Virus record (IMG/VR): IMGVR_UViG_3300037067_009225
Location: 1 to 64,000 of that record
Reading direction: 5' to 3' (one strand)
Length of the DNA stretch: 64,000 nucleotides
Source: a virus
Taxonomy: Duplodnaviria; Caudoviricetes
Shown: piece by piece, positions 39,012 through 49,065 of the stretch
Position numbering within the stretch: the stretch's first letter is position 1
Layout: each line of letters begins with the position of its first letter
Program-made: the position numbers and the translations under genes
Notes under the pieces: model-generated
What the model was told of the DNA's origin: nothing
Seen by the model: only the letters and a program-made list of their open reading frames with translations
The model's database searches: none

Positions 39012-40703
39012 ATGGAAAACACTGAAATGAATAAGAATTTACCCGAAAAAGTTGATAACATCTCTGAAACTAATGTTCAACCTACTGTTGAAACTACAAA
39101 AGAAAAAAGAAATATAGTAGTAACTATAACTGGTGAAAGAGAAATTATTCAAAGAGAAGCTATTCACCAAAAATTTGTTGATGCTAACGTAGAAATGTTG
39201 GCAACAGGTAATTTACCTTATTATGGTGAATTTAACTTATTTTTGAACTTCCATGAAGCTAATATTGGAACTTGTGGTGTTAATGTTTCAAGTAAGGGTA
39301 TGAATTTTTATTGGGATCGTTCTTTTGTTGATTCACTTGAACAAAAAGAAGCAAATTTCATTCTTATTCATGAAGATTTCCATCTTTTGTTTGATCATAT
39401 CAAACGTACTATTGGTTATGAACAAAAATTATCCAATATTGCTCAAGATATGATTATTAATCAGATTATCTATGATGATGTAATGAAATCAAGTTCATTA
39501 AAGGGATTTCTTCAAATTCCTATTAGCCACGATGAATTTATTAAATTTCCTGATGGTAATTATTTGATGGATGAAAAAGGAAATAAGGTTAAGAACCCAC
39601 ATTATGGTAAAAACACTGCTATGTTTGTACCTAAAGAATATAAAGGTAATTTGATTTTTGAAGAATTATATGAATGGTTGTTGAAAAAATATAACGATTA
39701 TAAAAATCGGCAAGGCCAAGGCCAAGGTCAGAAACAACAAGGACAAGGCCAAGGTCAGAAACAACAAGGCCAAGGACAACAACAGAAAGGCCAAGGTCAA
39801 CCACAACAAGGTCAAGGCCAAGGTGAAGGTCAAGATGGTGAACAGGGTCAGAATAGTCAACAAGGCCAAGGACAAGGTGAAGGATCACAAGACAAGAATA
39901 ATAAAAGTAACCAGAAACAAAAAGGTGGTTGTGGTGAAAAAGGTGACGAACCTGATTATGGCGATTATGGACAAAATGGTACTGAAATGTCACACCTTGA
40001 TAAAATCTTTGAAAATCTTGAACAAAGTAAAGGTCAAACTTTAGATGTCCATCTTGGTGATGAAATTCCAGAAGAATTGAGAAAAGAGATTGTAAAGGAT
40101 ATTATTGAAAATCTTAAATCACGTGGTTTAGAAAGTGGTGAAATGCAAACCATTTTGAATAAATTAAGAAAATCTAAGAAAGATTATCTTAAAGAAATCA
40201 AAAGAGCAATTGCACAAGATATTTTTGGCACATCAAAATCCAAAACTATCACTAGGCCACATCGTAGGGGTGTTGATGGTCTTAAAGGTCATCGTAAATT
40301 TAAGAATAAGATCAATTGTCTTCTTGATACATCTGGTTCTATGGGTGGTGAATTTGAAAAAGTTCTTTCATATATTTTTCAGAATGATGTTGAAATTAAT
40401 CTTATTCAGGTTGACACAAAAATACAAAGTGTTAATATTATTAAAAACAAAAAAGACCTTGAAAAGATGAAAATTAATGGTCTTGGTGGTACTGAACTTC
40501 AACCTGGATTAGATATGATTAGTGACAAGAAAAATAAACTTGATGTTTATAATACTGTCATTTTAACTGATGGTTATACAGATTCATTGAATTTCTCTGG
40601 CATTAAAGGTAAAACTTTAATATTAACTACGGCAAATAAATGTCCTTTAACACATGATAATGGTCGTGTTAAGCAAATTATAATTGATAAAGAAAAGAAT
40701 TGA
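39012..40703 (+). CDS. DUF2201-type metallopeptidase-like plus vWA domain protein
   Basis: HEDFH; NIAQD..IN; GQ-rich linker; DTSGS MIDAS, GGGT-like, TDGY. Confidence 0.85.
   Translation: MENTEMNKNLPEKVDNISETNVQPTVETTKEKRNIVVTITGEREIIQREAIHQKFVDANVEMLATGNLPYYGEFNLFLNFHEANIGTCGVNVSSKGMNFYWDRSFVDSLEQKEANFILIHEDFHLLFDHIKRTIGYEQKLSNIAQDMIINQIIYDDVMKSSSLKGFLQIPISHDEFIKFPDGNYLMDEKGNKVKNPHYGKNTAMFVPKEYKGNLIFEELYEWLLKKYNDYKNRQGQGQGQKQQGQGQGQKQQGQGQQQKGQGQPQQGQGQGEGQDGEQGQNSQQGQGQGEGSQDKNNKSNQKQKGGCGEKGDEPDYGDYGQNGTEMSHLDKIFENLEQSKGQTLDVHLGDEIPEELRKEIVKDIIENLKSRGLESGEMQTILNKLRKSKKDYLKEIKRAIAQDIFGTSKSKTITRPHRRGVDGLKGHRKFKNKINCLLDTSGSMGGEFEKVLSYIFQNDVEINLIQVDTKIQSVNIIKNKKDLEKMKINGLGGTELQPGLDMISDKKNKLDVYNTVILTDGYTDSLNFSGIKGKTLILTTANKCPLTHDNGRVKQIIIDKEKN
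39711..39890 (+). repeat. Gly-Gln low-complexity coding repeat
   Basis: CAAGG(C/T/A) units encoding QGQGQG. Confidence 0.85.
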
Positions 40704-40708
40704 TATGA

Positions 40709-40735
40709 AAACCCACATGAAAGTGTGGGCTTTTT
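40709..40735 (+). terminator. intrinsic terminator
   Basis: CCCACAT-GAAA-GTGTGGG plus T tract. Confidence 0.7.
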
Positions 40736-40823
40736 AATTATTTTCCAAAAAAAACTTAAATAATTTTTTTATTCCAAAAATAAATGTTAATTTTGAATTA
40801 TAAATTAAAAAACAAATAAATAT

Positions 40824-42098
40824 ATGATGAAAAATGCACTATCAAGATTCACAGGAATCTCCGAAACTGAAATCAGAAAACGTCTTGAAAAACTCACCAT
40901 CAAGGAATTGAAGTATTTCAAGATTATGTTGGCAAAGTCTGGCGTGTTGTACATCACCAGTAAGCCAGGTATTGCTAAATCCGCTATCATCAAATCAATT
41001 GCTGATAAGTTGGGCTTTGCTTTTTACGACATTCGTTTGTCTATGGTTGATGAAACTGATGTTGGATTGTTCCCTAAAGTTGGTACTGTAACTGTTAATG
41101 GTGTTGAATGGGATATTCTTAAACACGTTCCACCTGAATGGGGCTTTCTTGCTAACGAAAAACCTTCTATCATCTTCTTTGAAGAGTTGAATCGTTCACA
41201 GCTTTCAGTTCGTAATGCTGCTCTGCAGATTCTTCTTGAACGTTCCATTGGTTTCAAGTTTCATTTCAACGATAACGTTCTTATGGTTGCCTCTGGTAAC
41301 TTGGGTGAAGAAGATGGTACAGATGTTGAAGAATTTGACTCGGCTCTTAACAATCGTCTTATTCATGTTAAGCACCTTTTGACTATTGAAGAATGGGTTG
41401 ATGGTTTTGCAAGAGAACATGTTCATCCGACTATCGTTTCTTTTGTCACTACAAATGGTGAACATTTCTATAAGAAAAGTGATAATGAAAAGGATAATTA
41501 CGCTTATGCAACACCACGTTCATGGACATTCTTATCCGATTACATTAACACCAATTTTCCTCCTGTTCAGGATACCGATAAGAATGGAAACCTTATTTTT
41601 GTCAACAGCAAGAACCAAATTGTTGATGAAAAAAACCCTGATGCTATGCCTAAAATGAAGTATGCTCCAATAAAGCAATGGCTTGGCGAAATTAAAGATA
41701 TTGGTGTATCATATGTTGGCCCATCAATAACAAGGTTCATTCGTTACTGTGAAGAATCTATGAGAATTTCCATCAAAGATGTTATTGATCGTTATCCTGA
41801 CATCAAGAATGACCTCAAATCATTCAACAGAGATAAGCATAGCGAACTTCTGAATTCTCTTAAAGAAATCGACATCATGTCGCTGAAAGATGTTCAGTTG
41901 GAAAACATCAAGGAATTCTTAACTTCAATGTCAGATGATGAAGTTGTTGGATATCTTCTCTATCTTCTTGATGACCAGTACAGCTTGAATGATGATACCA
42001 ACAACAAGAAAAACATGAAGGTTAAGGATTTCATCAAGGATAAGAGGTTTAAAAAGTTCTTCAAAACTATCCTTGACCATTGCTCAAAAGAAGATTAG
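40824..42098 (+). CDS. MoxR-like AAA+ ATPase
   Basis: SKPGIAKS Walker A variant, FFEELNR Walker B, ASGN, ALNNR, ATPRSW. Confidence 0.85.
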   Translation: MMKNALSRFTGISETEIRKRLEKLTIKELKYFKIMLAKSGVLYITSKPGIAKSAIIKSIADKLGFAFYDIRLSMVDETDVGLFPKVGTVTVNGVEWDILKHVPPEWGFLANEKPSIIFFEELNRSQLSVRNAALQILLERSIGFKFHFNDNVLMVASGNLGEEDGTDVEEFDSALNNRLIHVKHLLTIEEWVDGFAREHVHPTIVSFVTTNGEHFYKKSDNEKDNYAYATPRSWTFLSDYINTNFPPVQDTDKNGNLIFVNSKNQIVDEKNPDAMPKMKYAPIKQWLGEIKDIGVSYVGPSITRFIRYCEESMRISIKDVIDRYPDIKNDLKSFNRDKHSELLNSLKEIDIMSLKDVQLENIKEFLTSMSDDEVVGYLLYLLDDQYSLNDDTNNKKNMKVKDFIKDKRFKKFFKTILDHCSKED

Positions 42099-42137
42099 TG
42101 TGTTTTTATCATATAATTGTTTTGATTGTGTATTACG

Positions 42138-42165
42138 AAAGCCTGAGAAAAATTCTCAGGCTTTT
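42138..42165 (+). terminator. intrinsic terminator
   Basis: AAAGCCTGAGAA/TTCTCAGGCTTT. Confidence 0.8.
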
Positions 42166-42197
42166 GTTTTTTAATAAAATATTACTATATTTAATAA

Positions 42198-42539
42198 ATG
42201 ATCTCAAAAGAAAAAATATTAAAAGAAATTGATATTTTACATATTGATAATAGTATAAAAGAAAAATATAAAAATTTCTTTATTTCTCATATACAAAATC
42301 AACATAATGATAAAAATATGATAATAGATGTATGGTTTATATGTAAATATGTTATATTAAATTTTTCACCTTATTGTAATAATACTAATGATTTTAATTC
42401 TATTGGTGTAAGTGTAAAATTTACTTATATTAAAAATAATATAGAAAATAGTGGTAATTTATCAATAACCATAGATGATATATATGATTTTTTAAATAAA
42501 GAAAGAATTGATAAAATAAAAAATATAATCAATGAATAG
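42198..42539 (+). CDS. hypothetical protein, RxxK tag (RIDKIKNII)
   Basis: ORF; tail motif. Confidence 0.6.
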   Translation: MISKEKILKEIDILHIDNSIKEKYKNFFISHIQNQHNDKNMIIDVWFICKYVILNFSPYCNNTNDFNSIGVSVKFTYIKNNIENSGNLSITIDDIYDFLNKERIDKIKNIINE

Positions 42540-43104
42540 CGATTTTTTAGATAAAAAAAAGGAAGAATTAATAATACATATTAATAACAATTTCCCATAT
42601 TGTTTTTTCTGTGGTAGCTTATCTTTAAATATGCTGGAATTGATAAATAGACCTATACATGATGTTGATATTTGTGTACCTATAAAATATAAAAAACAGG
42701 CCATAGAATATTTTTACAAATTGAAAAATAAAGATAAACAATCTTTTATAAAAAAAATTATAAACTTTTTTGATTTTTTTTCAAAAAATATAGATTTAAC
42801 ATCAAAGTACATGAGATTAAATATACAAGGCATAGATATTTGTATATTTTTTGAAAATGAATATAGGTGTATATTACATAAATTAAACTATTCTAAAATT
42901 AGAATAAGTTTTCCAGAAAATATCATAAAAGCAAAAAAGATTTATGTGAAAACAGGGTATTCTCATTATGATAATGAAACTTTAAAAAACAATATGGAAA
43001 AACATCTTAATGATATAAAATCATATGAGAAAAATAAAGAAAAATATATTAAAAAATTAAAGTTAAAAGATATTTTGGGTGAAGTAAAAATAATAAATCT
43101 TTAA
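42532..43104 (+). CDS. nucleotidyltransferase-like protein
   Basis: CGSLSL..RPIHDVDI (GS..DxD), IDI, KH..D; tail KKLKLKDIL. Confidence 0.6.
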   Translation: MNSDFLDKKKEELIIHINNNFPYCFFCGSLSLNMLELINRPIHDVDICVPIKYKKQAIEYFYKLKNKDKQSFIKKIINFFDFFSKNIDLTSKYMRLNIQGIDICIFFENEYRCILHKLNYSKIRISFPENIIKAKKIYVKTGYSHYDNETLKNNMEKHLNDIKSYEKNKEKYIKKLKLKDILGEVKIINL

Positions 43105-43163
43105 ACAAAAAATAATTTTTTAAATATAATATATAAAATGATAAAAAATAAAAATTAATAATT

Positions 43164-43361
43164 ATGATTATAGTGAAAGTAGAAAATGGTGAAAACATCG
43201 AAAGAAGTTTAAAAAAATTCAAAAGAAAAATTGATAAAACTAAACTTGTAAAAGAACTCAGAGATAGACAAACTTTTGAAAAACCTTCTGTTAAGAAAAG
43301 AAGAATGTTTCAAAAAGCTAAATATGTAAGTGATAAGTTTTCAGACAATAATAACGAATAA
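43164..43361 (+). CDS. rpsU: 30S ribosomal protein bS21
   Basis: ENIERSLKKFKRK..ELRDRQTFEKPSVKKR. Confidence 0.92.
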   Translation: MIIVKVENGENIERSLKKFKRKIDKTKLVKELRDRQTFEKPSVKKRRMFQKAKYVSDKFSDNNNE

Positions 43362-43444
43362 AAACAATTATAAATTAATTTCCTAATTATAAAAATATTT
43401 TATTATCTTTATAAACAAATTTGTAAAATGATAATATAAATATC

Positions 43445-44137
43445 ATGGATAAACTAAATATAAGCAGATTTCTATATTTTGATATAGAAACAGTAGGTAA
43501 ATATAAAGATATAACAGAATTAAAAATAAATGAACCAAAACTTTATCAATTGTTAGAAAAAAAATTTTCTAATAAAGGTGATAGAGAACGTTGGGAAAGT
43601 GAAACTATTGAAACATTATACGAAAGAATATGTTCATTAATACCAGAATACGGTAAAATAGTTTGCATATCTTATGGAAGAGTAAATAAAAATGGTGAAT
43701 TCGTTGTAAAATCTTCCATTGGTGAAGAAAAAGATATATTATTAGAAGCTCAAAAAATATTTAATGATGCTTTAGATAAAAAAATTATTCCTTCTGGCTT
43801 TAATATTTTATTATTTGATTTACCTTATATAAATAAGAAAATGATGAAATATGGAATAAGAATTCCATATAATATTTTATTATCTGATAAAAAACCTTGG
43901 AATGTTGGTGTTTTAGATTTATCTGATACTTGGAGAGGTACAGGTAGATATTGGAGTTCATTAGATGAAGTAACATATGAATTAGGTGTTGAAAGTCCAA
44001 AAGGTGAATTATCTGGAGATAAAGTTCATCACGAATTCTGGTATAATAACAATATTCAAAAAATTAAAAAATATTGTGAAGGTGATGTTAAAGCTTTAAA
44101 AAATATACATGAAAAGATGATAATATCTTTAATATAA
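43445..44137 (+). CDS. PolB-related 3'-5' exonuclease (DEDDy)
   Basis: FDIET, GFNILLFDLPY, YCEGDV. Confidence 0.85.
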   Translation: MDKLNISRFLYFDIETVGKYKDITELKINEPKLYQLLEKKFSNKGDRERWESETIETLYERICSLIPEYGKIVCISYGRVNKNGEFVVKSSIGEEKDILLEAQKIFNDALDKKIIPSGFNILLFDLPYINKKMMKYGIRIPYNILLSDKKPWNVGVLDLSDTWRGTGRYWSSLDEVTYELGVESPKGELSGDKVHHEFWYNNNIQKIKKYCEGDVKALKNIHEKMIISLI

Positions 44138-44151
44138 AAATAAAAAATATT

Positions 44152-44330
44152 ATGAAATGTTTTTTTGGACATAAATTTGGTAAATGGAAAACTATTAAAA
44201 AATAGATAATTTAAATTATTTATTACATAGAAAATGTAAAAAATGTGGTTATATAGAAAAATATGAAGGAATGATACAAATTTGTATTCTTAATGGTGAT
44301 AAATCACCATACATTTATAAATGTGATTAA
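44152..44330 (+). pseudogene. small C-x-F-G-H...CxxC protein with -1 frameshift in an A6 run
   Basis: MKCFFGHKFGKWKTIKK* joins IDNLNYLLHRKCKKCG if one A is added. Confidence 0.5.
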
Positions 44331-44346
44331 AAATATAAATATAATA

Positions 44347-44904
44347 ATGGAATTTGAAAAAAAATATATTGAATTAGATAATTGGATTAATGAAAAAACA
44401 GCATCATCAAAAAGTGTTGTTGAATTAGGTGCAGGGTTTTTCAATAGATTATCAAATGTGAATAATAATTGCATTGTGAGAATTGGTATTGAAATTTATA
44501 AACCTTATATTGATAATGCCACTTACCATAATTGTATTAAAATAAATGGTGATGCTTTAAAATATAAAGAATTATTAAAAAATACAAGTTTAGACACCGT
44601 AATGATAATTGATGTTTTAGAACATTTTGAAAAAGATGTTGCATATAAACTCATTAGTAATTTAAAGAAAGATTTTAAAAAAATTATTTTAATGTTACCT
44701 TATGGTTTATTTGAACAACATGAAGATATAACTGGTTTTGGTGGTCATGAATATCAAACTCATAAGAGTTTTTGGTATAAAGAAGATGTTGAAAAATTAA
44801 AGTTTAATGAAAATGTTATTGATGAAACATTTCATTCTTATAAATATAGAGTTGAAAATAATTTGGATTTGGGTTGTTATTTTGGTGTTTGGAACAAAAA
44901 ATAA
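44347..44904 (+). CDS. class I SAM-dependent methyltransferase
   Basis: VVELGAG, GIEIY, GDA, IDVLEHF. Confidence 0.75.
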   Translation: MEFEKKYIELDNWINEKTASSKSVVELGAGFFNRLSNVNNNCIVRIGIEIYKPYIDNATYHNCIKINGDALKYKELLKNTSLDTVMIIDVLEHFEKDVAYKLISNLKKDFKKIILMLPYGLFEQHEDITGFGGHEYQTHKSFWYKEDVEKLKFNENVIDETFHSYKYRVENNLDLGCYFGVWNKK

Positions 44905-45290
44905 AAAATAATATGGAAAAACAATTAAAATTTATAAAAAAAGAATTGAAAGAAAACATTAAAATGTCTAAAAAAAGAATTGATGATCTTTATTCAGAAA
45001 AAAATCAAGCTGAAAAGCTTCCAAATGATTGTTTGGGTTATGTTGATGAAGATGGTATCAAATGTGAAAATCCAAATATGAAAATTGATTTATTAACTGG
45101 ATATGAACATCAAATAGGATATTTAGAATGTTTGCTTAATAATAGTATCAATATATTATCAATATTGGAAATGAATGATTCTGAATTTGAGAGTTTTATA
45201 AAAAGAGATAAAGAGATAGAAGAACAAAATAAAAAGACTTTAGCAGAACTAAAAAAGAAAATAAAATTCAATAGATATGAAAAAAAGTAA
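44874..45290 (+). CDS. hypothetical protein
   Basis: ORF; true start probably MEKQL. Confidence 0.55.
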   Translation: MLFWCLEQKIKNNMEKQLKFIKKELKENIKMSKKRIDDLYSEKNQAEKLPNDCLGYVDEDGIKCENPNMKIDLLTGYEHQIGYLECLLNNSINILSILEMNDSEFESFIKRDKEIEEQNKKTLAELKKKIKFNRYEKK

Positions 45291-45471
45291 TAATATTGAT
45301 ATTTTTGATATAGCATATCTTTTATATAAAACTGATAATTCATCAAATTATTATTTACCAATATTAACAAAAGGACAATTTATAAATAGACCAGATGTTA
45401 ATGAAGAATATATTATTAAAGCAAAAAAAGAAATAAGAAAAACTAAATTAGAAAGAATAAATGATAACTGA
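45277..45471 (+). CDS. small protein, RxxK tag (RKTKLERI)
   Basis: similar to 45461 and 47077 ORFs (A(Y/F).LY...YI.KA...R..K). Confidence 0.6.
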   Translation: MKKSNNIDIFDIAYLLYKTDNSSNYYLPILTKGQFINRPDVNEEYIIKAKKEIRKTKLERINDN

Positions 45472-45654
45472 AGATATTTATAATATTGCATATGATTTGT
45501 ATATAAATAATAAAAAAAATAATTATAAAGATGTTTATCAAACATCTACTTTTTTACTTATTCAGTTTTCAAAATTATTATAACAGAAGATGATATATAT
45601 ATTAAAAAAGCAATCAGAATTAAAAAAATAAAAAATATTAATATATACAAATAA
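45461..45654 (+). pseudogene. frameshifted small RxxK-tag protein (RIKKIKNI)
   Basis: -1 shift in T6 run near 45550 joins MITEDIYNIAYDLY to YIKKAIRIKKIKNI. Confidence 0.5.
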
Positions 45655-45665
45655 AAAATATAAAA

Positions 45666-46844
45666 GTGAAATATTTTATACCTTCTTTTGATGACTGCAA
45701 AGCTATAATAGAAAACAATTCTAAAAAATCTTTTTCCGAAAAAATAGAAATTATAGATGGATATAAAATACATAATTTTGATTATTTATATCCTAAAAAA
45801 AATTCCTTTTCTGAACCAATAAAAAATTCTCAAATAACTGCTAATGAGTTAAGAGGTATATCATTTGTATTTAATGAAGATGGTTCGTTATATAATAGAT
45901 ATTTGATGTTGAATAAATTCTGGAATATTAATGAAATAGAAGAAAATAAATTAGAAAATTTACGAAAATTAAAAATAAAAAATATCACCACAAAATATGA
46001 TGGTTCATTAATAAGATTTATAAAATTACCAAATAATAAAGTTATAGCAAAGACAATAGCTGGATTTAGTAATTTGCAAACATCATCATCTAATGAAATA
46101 TATAACAATAATCTTTATTTAAAAAATATTGTAGATAAATCTATTAATGATAATGTAGCATTACTATTTGAATATGTTTCATCAAATAATAAAATTGTTA
46201 TAGATTATAATATAAATAAATTAATTTTAATAAAAGCCAGAAATAATATAACTGGAGAATATTATAATTTAAAAGATATAATTCAAAAATATGATATCAA
46301 AGAAACCAATTATCTTAATATAACTAAAGAAAAAAATGTTGATAATATTGATAATTTAATCGAAATTGTTAAATTTTTAGAAAACGAAGAAGGTGTTGTT
46401 ATTCAATTTGAAGATGATAGATTAGTTAAATTAAAATCAGATTGGTATAATATTAGACATAGATTACTTGATAATGATGAACAAGAAAATGATGTTATAT
46501 CACTTATTTTAAATGATGTTAATAAAGATTATTTAAAATATATTAATAATTCAGAAAAAATTAAAAAAATTTCAGAAATAGAAACTATTATAAATAAATA
46601 TATAAAATTTGTAATTGATCAAGTTGATGAATCTTATATTATTTTTAAAAATAAATTTAATGGAGATAAGGATTTATTTGCTAAAGAATATAAAAAACAT
46701 CAACATTTTCATTTCTTCATGCTTAAAATAAAAGGTTTTAACATTGAAGAAGAATTAAAAAAATATATTCTTAAAAAAACATATTATTTAGATAGAGCAA
46801 AAGTATGGATAGAAGTAGCAAAAAGAACAATAAATCAGAAATAA
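45666..46844 (+). CDS. T4 Rnl1-like RNA ligase
   Basis: ELRG, KFWNINE, KYDGSLI (motif I), FEYVS..N.IV, EGVV, VKLKSDWY. Confidence 0.85.
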   Translation: MKYFIPSFDDCKAIIENNSKKSFSEKIEIIDGYKIHNFDYLYPKKNSFSEPIKNSQITANELRGISFVFNEDGSLYNRYLMLNKFWNINEIEENKLENLRKLKIKNITTKYDGSLIRFIKLPNNKVIAKTIAGFSNLQTSSSNEIYNNNLYLKNIVDKSINDNVALLFEYVSSNNKIVIDYNINKLILIKARNNITGEYYNLKDIIQKYDIKETNYLNITKEKNVDNIDNLIEIVKFLENEEGVVIQFEDDRLVKLKSDWYNIRHRLLDNDEQENDVISLILNDVNKDYLKYINNSEKIKKISEIETIINKYIKFVIDQVDESYIIFKNKFNGDKDLFAKEYKKHQHFHFFMLKIKGFNIEEELKKYILKKTYYLDRAKVWIEVAKRTINQK

Positions 46845-47077
46845 ACATAGGTTTAGAACCAGTTGGTGCTTACAATAGAAAAAAACTTGTTGATTATTAT
46901 AAACATATCTATGATGAAAAAAGAGAAAATATAAAAATAGAAGATTATGTTTTTTTAACAAAAAATATGAAACCACGAACAAGAGGTTTTGTTTTTTTAA
47001 AAGATGGTGAAGTTATCTATGAAACATCAAAAAGTAAAATTATAAAAGAATTAAATAAAATACTAAAAGAAACATAA
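46805..47077 (+). CDS. hypothetical protein
   Basis: ORF in operon. Confidence 0.5.
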   Translation: MDRSSKKNNKSEINIGLEPVGAYNRKKLVDYYKHIYDEKRENIKIEDYVFLTKNMKPRTRGFVFLKDGEVIYETSKSKIIKELNKILKET

Positions 47078-47259
47078 TGAATAAAGAATATTTAGAATAT
47101 GCATTTTATTTATACAGTATAGATGAAAAACGTAACAAATTCATACAAATATATAATTTAGAAGATATGTATAATAAACCTGTATTTAAAAAATATATAG
47201 ATAAAGCTATAAATAAAATAAGACAAGAAAAAATAAGAAGTATTTTACACAATGCTTGA
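47077..47259 (+). CDS. small protein, RxxK tag (RQEKIRSIL)
   Basis: ORF; tail motif. Confidence 0.6.
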   Translation: MNKEYLEYAFYLYSIDEKRNKFIQIYNLEDMYNKPVFKKYIDKAINKIRQEKIRSILHNA

Positions 47260-47467
47260 ATACATAAAAATAATAAACAAAATTAAAGAAAAATATCCAG
47301 AATTAAATATTCATATTTCATTAGATCGGTTATATGTTGGTGAAAAAAAATTTAAAATTTCAGGTATATTGTGTTCTAATATTAATATGAATTCCGAAAA
47401 TGATGTTAATTTTATTTTAACTGAAATAAAAAAACAATATTTGGATAAAAAAATGTATTATATGTAA
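47252..47467 (+). CDS. hypothetical protein
   Basis: ORF in operon. Confidence 0.5.
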   Translation: MLEYIKIINKIKEKYPELNIHISLDRLYVGEKKFKISGILCSNINMNSENDVNFILTEIKKQYLDKKMYYM

Positions 47468-47503
47468 AATATAATATATAGATATTAAAATATTATAAAT
47501 TAT

Positions 47504-47731
47504 ATGGAAATAACATCAATAGATAAATATCATATGAATCAAATGAAAAAATTTCAATCTGAAATTAAAGATGGATTTACGCCAAAATTAACAGATTATT
47601 TTTTTATTAATAGTCTTAAACAAATTAGAAAAAGTGGATATATATTTATTGATGATAATAATATAGCTAAATGGTTTCAATTAAAATCAGATGCTGTATC
47701 ATATATGAATAGTGTATTAAATGATAATTAA
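47504..47731 (+). CDS. hypothetical protein
   Basis: TAATATATA upstream. Confidence 0.55.
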   Translation: MEITSIDKYHMNQMKKFQSEIKDGFTPKLTDYFFINSLKQIRKSGYIFIDDNNIAKWFQLKSDAVSYMNSVLNDN

Positions 47732-47833
47732 ACAAGACTGAAATCTAACTAAACCAAAATATTTCAAATGTTTAATATATTTTTTAATAAAGGTATGTTT
47801 TTTGTTTGTATTTATAAAAATTAAAGTGTTAAA

Positions 47834-48199
47834 ATGATTAAATTATTATATGTAGAAGATGATCCAATATTCAGAAATTTAGTTGCTGAGATATTAAAAT
47901 ATAGTGTTGATTTTAAATTGGATTTAGCGAATGATGGTGAGAGTGGAGTTAAGAAAGCATTAAATAATGATTATGATATTATTATCATGGATATTATGAT
48001 GCCTGATATTGATGGTTGGGAAGCAACAAGAAGAATAAAAATGGTTAAACCTAATCTTCCTGTTATTTCTTTATCAGCTTTAAATATTAGAGATTTAGAT
48101 GCTAATGAAATGTTTGAAGAATATATAAGAAAACCTATTCGTGGTTATGAATTTAAAAAAACTTTAAAATCAGTAGCTGAAAAATATAATATTAAATAA
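47834..48199 (+). CDS. single-domain response regulator (CheY-like receiver)
   Basis: VEDD, IMDIMMPDIDG phosphoacceptor, SA, KP. Confidence 0.9.
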   Translation: MIKLLYVEDDPIFRNLVAEILKYSVDFKLDLANDGESGVKKALNNDYDIIIMDIMMPDIDGWEATRRIKMVKPNLPVISLSALNIRDLDANEMFEEYIRKPIRGYEFKKTLKSVAEKYNIK

Positions 48200-48229
48200 T
48201 TTAATATATAATAAAAAAATATATTTAAA

Positions 48230-48553
48230 ATGAAAAATATTTTAGATTTTAATATTTTTGTTAATGAAGAATATAAAAGAAACACAAAATTTGATGTCAA
48301 ATTATCAAAACTAATAGATAATGATGGTAATGTTTTAGATAAAACAGGTTGGGCTGTTGAATATCTTGGTATTGTTGATGAAGATGGTAATGCTTATTAT
48401 ATGGCTGGTGTTTCAGAACTTGATAATACATTTTATGTAAACATATCAGTAACAGAAAAAGGTGTTGAAGGTTGTTTAAATGTAGATAATAAATTCTACC
48501 CAATTGAAGCTGGTGCAAAATATAATGGTGAAGAAAAAATTGATGCACAATAA
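48230..48553 (+). CDS. hypothetical protein, CTS-like leader
   Basis: MKNILDFNIFVNEE; TAATATATA at 48202-48210. Confidence 0.65.
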   Translation: MKNILDFNIFVNEEYKRNTKFDVKLSKLIDNDGNVLDKTGWAVEYLGIVDEDGNAYYMAGVSELDNTFYVNISVTEKGVEGCLNVDNKFYPIEAGAKYNGEEKIDAQ

Positions 48554-49065
48554 TGATAACTAAATTAAATACTTTTATTAACGAAAGTAAAATTTCATTT
48601 GAGAAAATATTTAATAATCCAATTTTTATTAAAGCGTTTAATGGAAGTAAAGTAGTAGATAACAATAATAATCCATTATTAATGCATCATGGCGGTTCAT
48701 TTTCGGGTGGCGAATTTAAAGGTAATGGTTGGTTTACTATATCAAAAAAAGATGCAAAATATTACGCTAAACAAAATAATGGGTTTGTAACTTCTGCTTT
48801 TTTAATTATTAAAAATCCTTTATATTCAGGTGATATTAAACATTTAAATATAAAAATAACACCAGAAATTTTAAAAACTTGTAAAAAAATAAATTATAAT
48901 ATTAAAACAAAAAATGATATTATTCAATTTATAGAAGCAAATTCTGCTGTAATAATAGCACAAAATAATGGTTATGATGGTGTTATTGATATACATGAAA
49001 AAGAAATATTAGATGCTGTTATATTTGATAATAATCAATTACTATTACCAGAAAATTTTATTTAA
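48553..49065 (+). CDS. ART-PolyVal-like ADP-ribosyltransferase, CTS-like leader
   Basis: SKVVD..PLLMHHG, GWFT..AKYYA, FL.IKNP, GYDGVI, VIFD.NQ. Confidence 0.7.
   Translation: MITKLNTFINESKISFEKIFNNPIFIKAFNGSKVVDNNNNPLLMHHGGSFSGGEFKGNGWFTISKKDAKYYAKQNNGFVTSAFLIIKNPLYSGDIKHLNIKITPEILKTCKKINYNIKTKNDIIQFIEANSAVIIAQNNGYDGVIDIHEKEILDAVIFDNNQLLLPENFI

Noticed and set aside
39631-41658. Alternative-frame and antisense ORFs over the vWA and AAA genes (and similar shadows elsewhere)
   Set aside because: Explained by the GQ repeat and codon bias of the real genes; no motifs or start context
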